Positions 1 to 7,617 of a DNA stretch of 29,271 nucleotides are shown here, piece by piece. The position numbers were made by a program, and so were the translations under genes. The stretch is taken from the IMG/VR virus record IMGVR_UViG_3300030095_004690, positions 1-29,271 of that record; one strand, 5' to 3'. A model generated the notes under the pieces. It worked only from the letters and a program-made list of their open reading frames with translations. It had not been told where the DNA came from and made no database searches. Numbering within the stretch: the stretch's first letter is position 1; each line of letters starts with the position of its first letter. The DNA is from a virus (taxonomy: Duplodnaviria; Caudoviricetes).

Positions 1-74
1 TTATATCTATTCAACGCGAGGGTTAGTAACATTAACTCCTCACGTGTGAACTCACACTTAACGATGATGCTCAT
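1..74 (-). CDS. partial small early hypothetical protein (runs off left edge)
   Basis: ATG at 72-74 lies 2 nt after the stop of 77..304; frame MSIIVKCEFTREELMLLTLALNRY stays open to the window edge; not in the ORF track. Confidence 0.5.
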   Translation of the reverse strand, partial: MSIIVKCEFTREELMLLTLALNRY

Positions 75-76
75 AT

Positions 77-304
77 TCAATACCCCAACCACTCAAGAAT
101 AAACAATGCGTTGTTCGCAGGATTACCAGCGTCGATGTATTCACTCTCGGATGACCCGTGATCATTGAATAACTTACGTGTGACCCATTCGGATACGAAA
201 CCGTTGGCATCCGTCATGGAGATAACGTCGGAAATGTAACCGTGATGCTCAGCAGCTTTGGTGAAGTAATCAAACAGTTTGGTGGTTACTTTGTAATCAA
301 GCAT
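77..304 (-). CDS. small early-region hypothetical protein (75 aa)
   Basis: ORF track; overlaps upstream ORF by 8 nt; downstream of sigma70-like promoters. Confidence 0.65.
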   Translation of the reverse strand: MLDYKVTTKLFDYFTKAAEHHGYISDVISMTDANGFVSEWVTRKLFNDHGSSESEYIDAGNPANNALFILEWLGY

Positions 305-491
305 CGATGAGTACCTCGGGAATGGTGGATTGAATACGGAACGTACGAGATGGAAAGTTATCTCGGTACCACGCGAGATTCTTTAATGCAAGATCAAAGG
401 ATGTTTGCGTAGTACAACGAGACCACATTGGTTTCCCGTTGCATTTAACAACTGATTGTACAAAGTACAAAGGAAAACAAACAGTTGACAA
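297..491 (-). CDS. small early-region hypothetical protein (64 aa)
   Basis: ORF track; TTG start; tightly packed with neighbours. Confidence 0.55.
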   Translation of the reverse strand: MSTVCFPLYFVQSVVKCNGKPMWSRCTTQTSFDLALKNLAWYRDNFPSRTFRIQSTIPEVLIDA

Positions 492-517
492 TACTTATAC
501 CTTAGTGGAGATGTTGA

Positions 518-676
518 TTAGAAAGAAAGAGATTCATCATTCAATGAATTCAAAATCATTTCTTTTTCTTCAACACCAAGCTTTGATGATTCACCAGTAA
601 CAGCATCAAGAATCTTGAGAATGTCATTACCAGTTTTACCGCGGCGAAGCAGTTCAACCATCAACTTAGAACCCAT
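518..676 (-). CDS. first early gene, hypothetical protein (52 aa, MGSKLMVELLRRGKTGNDILKILD...)
   Basis: The track start at 772 is the TTG of a TTGACA -35 box and so lies upstream of the transcription start; ATG at 674-676 is in frame and follows a pyrimidine-rich leader. Confidence 0.6.
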   Translation of the reverse strand: MGSKLMVELLRRGKTGNDILKILDAVTGESSKLGVEEKEMILNSLNDESLSF

Positions 677-743
677 GAAGTGAATGAAAGGAGAGAGAGA
701 GTGGACGAGTGATCGATGGGATACTGATCTCATCGATGCACCT

Positions 744-772
744 AATATACCGTAGTGGAGACGCTTTGTCAA
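744..772 (-). promoter_or_regulatory. sigma70-type early promoter
   Basis: Minus strand reads TTGACA (772-767), 17-nt spacer, TATATT (749-744). Confidence 0.85.
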
Positions 773-832
773 GCAACCAGTTGCCGAAGTGGCGGATCGC
801 TTGGCATTGCTGGTCTCCCCAGCGGCATACCT

Positions 833-861
833 AATATAGCATGATCATACCGCAGTGGATA
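833..861 (-). promoter_or_regulatory. second sigma70-type early promoter (extended -10)
   Basis: Minus strand TGcTATATT (841-833) followed by the same AGGT as promoter 1; weak -35 TATCCA at 17-nt spacing. Confidence 0.6.
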
Positions 862-899
862 GGTGTTAGTGCCAGTTCTACAGGTGGCACATCGATGTA

Positions 900-1250
900 A
901 CTATCTCATGATAAGTATCAGTATTCTTGGCGCTACAGATAGCGATTCATATTGGTACGAATTCGTATCATTATTTATATCAATCTCAACCCGTATCACC
1001 CCAAGAACCCAGTGTTTGCCGTACGACTAGTGGTCGTGTGCGTACTTTCAGGCAAAGATAGGGGCCATGGGGTAATAATTATCAGAGGCTATCTGCGATC
1101 TAGACTTCAGAAATTTCTGCCAAAATCTTCCGGGACTCCGGCATGGGCATGTAATACGTATAAACACGCTCCATGATGGTATCGAGCACCTCTAGTTGGT
1201 AATAATCGGGAGAAATCTGCATCCCTCCGACCACACAAAGTGTAAGTGTA
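900..1250. other. non-coding region, probable genome end / terminal-repeat junction
   Basis: Lies between the last late gene (thyX, after terL) and the early host-RNAP promoters, matching T7-like genome order in a circularly permuted assembly; no credible ORF. Confidence 0.5.
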
Positions 1251-1256
1251 AAGCAT

Positions 1257-1901
1257 TCAAGCATTATCTAGGGCCTCCATGACTTGTGGGAAGCAGCGTT
1301 GCAGTTGTTCACGGCACTGCTCGGCAATATATTGGTGTTCCTTCTGGGTTCCGTTACCACCACGAAGGTTGATGTAGTGGATCCAGCTACGAAGATTACC
1401 GTGCATATACATTCGTGTGGGGCTAGAAAGGGGCAGTACGTCTCGTGCTACCTCCTTGGCCACACCCTTCTGTAGAAGGCGGTCGTAGAGGCTTAGAGAG
1501 GCCTTGTAGAGGTCCTCTATCTCTTTGCGGTACCACGGTTCACATGCAATGGTTCCCTCGATACTGTTTTGGCGGTTCCGCGAGTCTTGAAGGCGGAACT
1601 CAGGCTGCCGAGGGGGACCTAAAAGTTCAACATTGCTATATCGTTGGGAGAACTCCTGGAAGCTAAAGCTCCGGTGACGCAGTATCTGGGCAGCAAGGCT
1701 TCGAGTTGTAGTAATCTCTAAACACATAGACACCATCTCAAAGGGTGACCAGTGTTGATGTTTAATCAAATACTTAATAAGCTTTGCACTAGTCTTAGTG
1801 TTAGCTTGGTTTGATGGGTTGGAGACACGTGCCATATAACTAACCAATTCATCACCACCATTAGTATGATGAACGTATGACACAGTATGATCAGTAAGCA
1901 T
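1257..1901 (-). CDS. thyX: FAD-dependent thymidylate synthase ThyX
   Basis: Signature RHRSFSFQEFSQRY (RHRx7SxR), plus HWSPFE, GVAKEVARDVLP and TQKEH motifs. Confidence 0.95.
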   Translation of the reverse strand: MLTDHTVSYVHHTNGGDELVSYMARVSNPSNQANTKTSAKLIKYLIKHQHWSPFEMVSMCLEITTTRSLAAQILRHRSFSFQEFSQRYSNVELLGPPRQPEFRLQDSRNRQNSIEGTIACEPWYRKEIEDLYKASLSLYDRLLQKGVAKEVARDVLPLSSPTRMYMHGNLRSWIHYINLRGGNGTQKEHQYIAEQCREQLQRCFPQVMEALDNA

Positions 1902-2013
1902 TATAGTTGGGGGTAGATATTAGTAGTATAGGTATAAGAATATAGTATTAGTTGTTGTCTTTTTGTGGGCGGTAATCCGGGATTCTTATCTTATATGATT
2001 CAGAAGGGAACAA

Positions 2014-2045
2014 GGGAACGAAAGTCCACCCCAGCTTTCATTCCC
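2014..2045 (-). other. 11-bp hairpin downstream of terL (terminator or RNA-processing site)
   Basis: Minus strand GGGAATGAAAG - 10-nt loop - CTTTCGTTCCC, followed by pyrimidine-rich TTGTTCCCTTC. Confidence 0.45.
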
Positions 2046-2079
2046 CTGTATTACGAGGGGGTTAAGAACTAAACCACCT

Positions 2080-3813
2080 CTAAACCCAATTGGGCACTGT
2101 GTTTTTACCACTATTACTTCTTGCTCTCTTTCTCATGTCTAAATCAAACCCCAACGCCATGTGATTACATGCTTGTTGTGGATCATCTAACCATGATTCA
2201 AGCATATCATTCCACTCTTCTCTCTTTCTTAGATTTATGGTCTCCTGGGCACTGATGGCCAGTGCTTCAGTGAAATACTGAACTCCTTGAGCTAGACAAT
2301 CAAGTCTATCGTCATGTTTAACTGCACCCTTTTCCTTACACATTCTACTCATCTGGTAGAAGAGCATGTATAGCAGTCTCCTTTCTGGAGCTTCATCCTT
2401 ATTGGAATTATAGTCCCATTCAATGACATCCTTATTAATTACCAACCTATGTTGGTTCATTATTGGTTCAAGGGTATCAATAATTCGGTCTTCTTTTCGT
2501 ACAGTGGCTCTTGTCTCTTCAATATCGATTGCTTGCTTTGTTTGTTGGAGATGCTTCCTAAAAAGTTCACAAACAATACCATCACCAAAATTACTTTCAA
2601 TAAGCAGTTTGGTAACGCCATATTTCTTACATCCCCTGAGTATGTCTAGCAGGGTTCTGTCACTGTACCCATCTCTGTAAGCACGCACCTCATGCAAGTA
2701 GATGAACCCGTTTTTCTGAGATAAGTAGCATGCTGCTGTTTCGTCAGTTCCTCGACCGCTCGGATCGACGCTGCAGATTGTTTCGGTGTAGGGGCTCCAA
2801 TCCCCTTGGAGTTGCATCGGAGAGTAAAAATAATCTCCTGGGAGACCGACCGTGGGTAACTCTCGAATAACGTTTCTGGTGTCGCTGCACCAGATGACAT
2901 TTTCGGGAGCAGTACTAGGATTAACGCTAGTAACCACCAAGTCAGCCATCTTGAGTGGGAACTTCTCAGAATCACTGAGAGAAGTATCCAACATGAATTG
3001 TAGAAGGAAGTTACTCCTCCCCATTGCGGCTTCGCGTTCAAGTAAGTCTTCATGACTAAACCTATCTGGATCTGTTACTCCCCACGACTCTGCTCCAGTA
3101 TCAATATCTTCCTGAAGCTGAGGAGCGATAAGGCCTTCGTATTGGGTTGTATTTCTTGGGTATCTTGCTGGCCACACGAATGGCCTGTAATTCCTTTCGG
3201 CAAGCTTTCGGTATACGGTAAATGTTGTCTGGGGTGTACCAAGAAAAAGAATGCGGGAGTCATCCTTTGGAGTAAGAATAGATTCTGCTTCTGTACAAAG
3301 TTGAAGTAGTTTCTCCCGCATAATTTCCGTCATTGAGTTACCAGGAACTTCAATGTCGTCTAGAATCATTAAATCGGCGCGGCTTCCTGTGAGCTGCCCA
3401 GTGATGCCCACCGACTTTACGGACGGTGCCTGGTGGGGTGAGCAATTCACATCGAAGCTTATCCTTGACCACCTTGCATCGTCGGACTTCGGACGTAAAT
3501 GAGAAAGCCATTTTGTTTCAATGATTAGTTTTTGTAAAAAGATTGACATGTTATCTGCACGCTCTTTTGAAGCGGAGATAATCATTATTTTCTTCTCAGG
3601 ATTATTAAAAAGAGTCCAAAGGACAAAAGCACCAGTAATCCAGGACTTTCCAACACCACGGAAGGCTTGTATCTGTAAACGCTTAGGGCCGTGTTGTAGG
3701 TAGTCTGCAATTGCATATTGTGCTCTTGTAGGTTGGGGTAGATTTAATTCGTGCCACAAAGCCTGCAGGAAGATCTTAAAGTCCTCCTGCAAGGCGGTTA
3801 AAACATCGTTCAT
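2080..3813 (-). CDS. terL: terminase large subunit (DNA maturase B, T7 gp19-like)
   Basis: Walker A AFRGVGKS, Walker B LMILDDIE, LGTPQ coupling motif, RNase H-like nuclease VDPSGRGTDE and HDDRLD. Confidence 0.97.
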   Translation of the reverse strand: MNDVLTALQEDFKIFLQALWHELNLPQPTRAQYAIADYLQHGPKRLQIQAFRGVGKSWITGAFVLWTLFNNPEKKIMIISASKERADNMSIFLQKLIIETKWLSHLRPKSDDARWSRISFDVNCSPHQAPSVKSVGITGQLTGSRADLMILDDIEVPGNSMTEIMREKLLQLCTEAESILTPKDDSRILFLGTPQTTFTVYRKLAERNYRPFVWPARYPRNTTQYEGLIAPQLQEDIDTGAESWGVTDPDRFSHEDLLEREAAMGRSNFLLQFMLDTSLSDSEKFPLKMADLVVTSVNPSTAPENVIWCSDTRNVIRELPTVGLPGDYFYSPMQLQGDWSPYTETICSVDPSGRGTDETAACYLSQKNGFIYLHEVRAYRDGYSDRTLLDILRGCKKYGVTKLLIESNFGDGIVCELFRKHLQQTKQAIDIEETRATVRKEDRIIDTLEPIMNQHRLVINKDVIEWDYNSNKDEAPERRLLYMLFYQMSRMCKEKGAVKHDDRLDCLAQGVQYFTEALAISAQETINLRKREEWNDMLESWLDDPQQACNHMALGFDLDMRKRARSNSGKNTVPNWV

Positions 3814-5117
3814 ATACTAAACCGGATATAGCCACCAATGTTTGAAAGGAATTGATCCAGACGCTTACCCATGCCAGGACCAGCGGCTCCCTCTCCACGG
3901 GGAACTCTTTCCCATTTACCATTACGTTCTTGAATACCTATCGATGGCTCGCCGATGATTTGATTCCGGCTCATATCTACGAATACCTCTTCGCCATCGA
4001 CATACTCTTTGTCTATATGAGCGCTGTTGTCCGCTGCAATATCACTAATAACAGGGACTAAATCAGGAACTGAGTCTTTTACGGCTTCTGCGGCTACTGC
4101 GGGGTTACCAGTAGATAGCAAAGCATAGCCACCCACTAAACCAGCACCAAGTAATTCACCAGCTAATGGAATTTCGTCTAGAACCTTGGCAGCTGCACGT
4201 ACTCTTTTTAGTCGGATTGAGCCATTTTTCAGTCCTCTATCCCAAGCAGCCTGACTCTGCTGCTTAGTCCCTGAGTATCTAACACCGTTTTCCTCCCAGG
4301 CATAACTACCATTACTGCTGTGACCATTAGTATTCCGAAACTCCTTCTTTTGTTTTTCAGTAGCACCCCCATTTCCCAACAATTGGCTGCCCATTAAATC
4401 AGGCTGGATCTCACTTATAGCTTGTGCGCGAGTAGCACCATTCATGTCCCTAAGGTATTCCTCAAACTTTGCGGGTTTACCTTTTGATTTAATAAGCGCT
4501 TCCCTTAATGGACTATCTTCAGGTGCACTGAGGATCTGGTTGGCAAAAGTAGTTGGATCTGCATAATATTTATCAGCAATATATCTATTGCCTGTGTTGT
4601 TAACCCAGTACTCCACCGCTGCAAGCTCTGGATCTGCATTCGCTAGTTTTGCGAATGGCTCTACTTTTGTACCTCCTTCGTGTACTTTGTTTAGGTGGGC
4701 ATGCTTATCGTACCCCCGTAATGACATGTAGGTACTACCGCTTCCGGTGTCAAAATCATTAAGGGTTCGGTGGAAAATATTTAATTCAGCATCACTCCAC
4801 TTCGGACTAATAGCATGAACATTTTGCCCGAGAGGATTTACATGGTGCTGCTCCTCAAAGAGAAAACGTCTTATCTTTCTAAAAAGCAGTGCATCTGGAC
4901 TTGATGCACTTGTACCAGAAAGAGATTTTGGCAAAGACTTCTTACCAGAAAAGATTTTAATTATTTGTTTTTCGTCAAATTGAGCAAAGAGGTCATCTGG
5001 ATCGCTTTGATTAACGATATTAAAAATACGAGATAACTTTGAGTTCCCCTCAGGGAGCTGTTCCATTTCTTCGGTAATTGTGTTTAATGCCAGACGCCTC
5101 AACTTGTACCTCGCCAT
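3810..5117 (-). CDS. hypothetical protein (~435 aa)
   Basis: Long ORF overlapping the terL start (ATGA); start moved to MARYKL (5117) because the track start overlaps a terminator. Confidence 0.8.
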   Translation of the reverse strand: MARYKLRRLALNTITEEMEQLPEGNSKLSRIFNIVNQSDPDDLFAQFDEKQIIKIFSGKKSLPKSLSGTSASSPDALLFRKIRRFLFEEQHHVNPLGQNVHAISPKWSDAELNIFHRTLNDFDTGSGSTYMSLRGYDKHAHLNKVHEGGTKVEPFAKLANADPELAAVEYWVNNTGNRYIADKYYADPTTFANQILSAPEDSPLREALIKSKGKPAKFEEYLRDMNGATRAQAISEIQPDLMGSQLLGNGGATEKQKKEFRNTNGHSSNGSYAWEENGVRYSGTKQQSQAAWDRGLKNGSIRLKRVRAAAKVLDEIPLAGELLGAGLVGGYALLSTGNPAVAAEAVKDSVPDLVPVISDIAADNSAHIDKEYVDGEEVFVDMSRNQIIGEPSIGIQERNGKWERVPRGEGAAGPGMGKRLDQFLSNIGGYIRFSI

Positions 5118-5141
5118 GGAGGCACCAGTGAGTCGATCCAT

Positions 5142-5167
5142 AAAAAAAGCCGCCCACATGGGGCGGC
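5142..5167 (-). terminator. intrinsic terminator
   Basis: Minus strand GCCGCCC-CATGT-GGGCGGC-TTTTTTT. Confidence 0.85.
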
Positions 5168-5194
5168 GATATACTTAAGTGGACAGGTTGTCCG

Positions 5195-5521
5195 TTATGA
5201 GATGTGCGAAAGGATCAGCTCCTCTCTATGGGGTATCTGTCCGAAGCGGCGTCTCATCCACTCCAGCCAATGTTCACTTCCTTTACTCTGATTACAGCAT
5301 CGACAAGCGGGTACAAGATTCTGTGAAATCGTTTCTCCGCCTTTACATTTAGGTTTAACATGATCTAAAGTTAATTGGTCTAATGTATATACTCCTCCGC
5401 AGTAAACACATGTACAGTCGAAGTGTTCCTTAAGGGCTTTACGCCAGGTCTTCTTTGCTGTTGCTTGAGTCATAGCTAAGAGGTTATAGATGTAGTGATC
5501 AGGGCTAGGAAGTAGTGTCAT
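5195..5521 (-). CDS. HNH endonuclease
   Basis: CVYCG...LTLDHVKPKCKGG...NLVPACRCCNQSKG, an McrA-type HNH with Zn-binding CxxC pairs. Confidence 0.93.
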   Translation of the reverse strand: MTLLPSPDHYIYNLLAMTQATAKKTWRKALKEHFDCTCVYCGGVYTLDQLTLDHVKPKCKGGETISQNLVPACRCCNQSKGSEHWLEWMRRRFGQIPHREELILSHIS

Positions 5522-5802
5522 GCAGTTCTGTATCGTGGGCGATTACCATGTCCGTTATTTGCTCGATTAACCTTTGCAGATTGTTTTCGTACGTTTCCTT
5601 TGGAATCATGGGACATATCGCCACCACCCTTTCCGTACACACCTGCTTTTCTTCGAGTTTTATTTAATTCAGAACGGTAACTAATTCTTGCCTTTGATTT
5701 GTTGTACTTCCGTTGGTAAGCATTCTTCTTTGCACGTGCCTCACCATTGGAGGCATAATAACGTGCAGACTTACCAGGGTTAGCTGATTTAGGACTTGCC
5801 AT
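5518..5802 (-). CDS. highly basic protein, degenerate HNH-like motif
   Basis: K/R-rich; DMSH...G...S.KVNRANN resembles the His-Me finger motif of small podovirus proteins near terS. Confidence 0.65.
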   Translation of the reverse strand: MASPKSANPGKSARYYASNGEARAKKNAYQRKYNKSKARISYRSELNKTRRKAGVYGKGGGDMSHDSKGNVRKQSAKVNRANNGHGNRPRYRTA

Positions 5803-6037
5803 AAAGTCTATGTTGTACGAGTTCTGGGTCTACCTTTGGGAGGATATGAGAGAGTCCATCAAGGGGACTGCCTTCGTAAGCAATCCCAGAGATGTCATTT
5901 TTAGCCAGCCAGTCACAAGCAGCTTTCAAATCTTGAGTTGTAGCCTCACCTGATTTGATTCGCTGTAGGAACTCGCGGGTAACTAGATTATGTAACTCGT
6001 TAAACTGATCCTCGGTAGCCTTTTTCTTATTTGCCAT
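5789..6037 (-). CDS. terS: terminase small subunit (DNA maturase A, T7 gp18-like)
   Basis: KKATEDQFNELHNLVT...GEATTQDLKAACDWLAKNDI resembles cyanopodovirus gp18; position upstream of terL. Confidence 0.8.
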   Translation of the reverse strand: MANKKKATEDQFNELHNLVTREFLQRIKSGEATTQDLKAACDWLAKNDISGIAYEGSPLDGLSHILPKVDPELVQHRLYGKS

Positions 6038-6260
6038 GTAAAGCAATCTTATCTAGTTTGTTTTCAATGCGAATCATGTGATCTTCAATTTTCTCAAGTG
6101 CAGTAGCCAACTCTTGACGCTGCACGTACCTTTCCGCAACCCGAAGCTCAATAGAATCTATTCTGTTGTCTAGGTCTAACATGCGTTGATTTTGTCGCGT
6201 CAACACAGCCCCAAGGCCAGTAGTAATGGCAATGCTGACTGCAACTGTGGCTTCTAACAT
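6027..6260 (-). CDS. small membrane-anchored coiled-coil protein (holin/lysis-associated candidate)
   Basis: N-terminal hydrophobic segment (ATVAVSIAITTGLGAVL) then heptad-like helix; sits where T7 has holin gp17.5. Confidence 0.6.
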   Translation of the reverse strand: MLEATVAVSIAITTGLGAVLTRQNQRMLDLDNRIDSIELRVAERYVQRQELATALEKIEDHMIRIENKLDKIALHGK

Positions 6261-6428
6261 TTACAATTTAGGCGCGGGAAACAATCCGTTGCGAATAAAC
6301 TCCACAGCTTTGTCGTCGATTTCATTATCTGTAGTTTCCGCCAACTTAGTCAGCATGTCCACAATAAGCAGCTTCACTTTAGTGGACTGCAAAAAGGAAA
6401 ATAGAATGGGTCGAATAAGGGTGATCAT
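6261..6428 (-). CDS. 55-aa small protein, missed by ORF track
   Basis: MITLIRPILFSFLQSTKVKLLIVDMLTKLAETTDNEIDDKAVEFIRNGLFPAPKL*; nearly fills the gap and abuts the next ATG; TDN.IDD motif resembles small cyanophage proteins. Confidence 0.8.
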   Translation of the reverse strand: MITLIRPILFSFLQSTKVKLLIVDMLTKLAETTDNEIDDKAVEFIRNGLFPAPKL

Positions 6429-6446
6429 GGTGTATGTAAAGTCAAG

Positions 6447-7106
6447 TTAGGTTATTGTTATAGTGATGTCCTTAAAGTATGATTTATAACTGGTGCTGTC
6501 TTGGTCGGCATCAAAACCAATTTCATAAGTATTTCCAGATGACCAGCCACTGAGGTTACTGAGTTTCAGATCAGAAGAGGTTGACGAAATGTTGGTAACT
6601 TGAGAACCAGAAAAAGAACCAGTTCTTATAATAGTATGGTAAGCACCTGTAATTAAGTCTAGAGTAATGTGGACATAGTAGGATAGATAACTGCTAGCAC
6701 CTGAGTTTGCAAAGGAAGAACCGCTTGGTGGATACCAATAGGGGGAGGAGCAATTCCACTGAAATGCAATACGACTGGTGTGCGTTCCCCATTTCCAAGT
6801 TGGAAGTGTACCAGTTTTAAAAATACAAAAACCGTGATCAGAGCAGACTGCATTTTTAACTGCAACAAACTTGAGGTCAAGGTTAGTTCCAGTGAAAGCT
6901 AAATTGTTAGTGGCAATTGGATAACTGTTAGTTGAGAAATAAGCATTTCCATTGATCCAAAACCCATTGGCATCGAAACCAGTATAAGGAGCATACCTTG
7001 TCCTTTGTTGTAACCAAGACGGAATACTTCCTGTAGTGTAGTTGTAAACCGTTGGGCCGCTAGAAACATTACCGGCAGCAGCTCTTAATCCGTGGTGAAC
7101 CGTCAT
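6447..7106 (-). CDS. accessory tail/receptor-binding protein (beta-rich, lectin-like)
   Basis: S/T/G/N- and aromatic-rich; N-terminal HGLRAAAG; within fiber cluster. Confidence 0.6.
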   Translation of the reverse strand: MTVHHGLRAAAGNVSSGPTVYNYTTGSIPSWLQQRTRYAPYTGFDANGFWINGNAYFSTNSYPIATNNLAFTGTNLDLKFVAVKNAVCSDHGFCIFKTGTLPTWKWGTHTSRIAFQWNCSSPYWYPPSGSSFANSGASSYLSYYVHITLDLITGAYHTIIRTGSFSGSQVTNISSTSSDLKLSNLSGWSSGNTYEIGFDADQDSTSYKSYFKDITITIT

Positions 7107-7108
7107 GG

Positions 7109-7609
7109 CTACTCACTAGCCAATTCTGGCCACACTGGAAGGAACGGATCCGTGTTAGCTACAAGAGCATCCGTCTCTTTGTTGTAAACCTCAGCAGGAG
7201 CTCGATACAAAGCCGCAAGGGCTGGGATGTCCGCAGCACCATTAACAAGGGCTTCACGCTCCCCACAGACGCGTCTCACGGCTTGCCTGTAGGTAGTGAC
7301 GTTGGCAGGGATAGCAGTCCCCTCTTCTTCTTTACGGATGACGTACCAATCGGTTGAATTAAGTTGACTACCAGCAGCATGCTTTTGTTCAGCAACAAGT
7401 CTCTCTTTAGTCAATTCTAAGTCGCGTGGAGTATCAGCATTAACGTAGAACTTACTGTCAACACGCGATGCTGGTACTTCATACACGATACCAAGGCTGG
7501 TCCTGACATCATCAGTTTGTTGTGTCATCCATGTATAGTTATAGACGTAACCATTTACTTCAAATGGACGCCCTGGACGTAATGCACGTCCGTCAAGTTT
7601 GTAGGTCAT
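7109..7609 (-). CDS. tail fiber assembly chaperone-like protein
   Basis: LNSTDWYVIRK...IPANVTTYRQAVR motif and terminal PVWP. Confidence 0.7.
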   Translation of the reverse strand: MTYKLDGRALRPGRPFEVNGYVYNYTWMTQQTDDVRTSLGIVYEVPASRVDSKFYVNADTPRDLELTKERLVAEQKHAAGSQLNSTDWYVIRKEEEGTAIPANVTTYRQAVRRVCGEREALVNGAADIPALAALYRAPAEVYNKETDALVANTDPFLPVWPELASE

Positions 7610-7617
7610 AGTTGTTG

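Noticed and set aside
677-772. N-terminal extension of ORF 518..772
   Set aside because: Its TTG start is the -35 box of the promoter, so it lies upstream of the transcription start
952-1176. 74-aa plus-strand ORF
   Set aside because: Opposite to all other genes, non-ATG start, not protein-like; lies in the probable terminal region
5118-5159. Track start MWAAFF of the 449-aa ORF
   Set aside because: Overlaps the terminator hairpin and U-tract; a start at 5141 cannot be excluded
6226-6450. 74-aa plus-strand ORF
   Set aside because: Antisense shadow of the real 55-aa minus-strand gene
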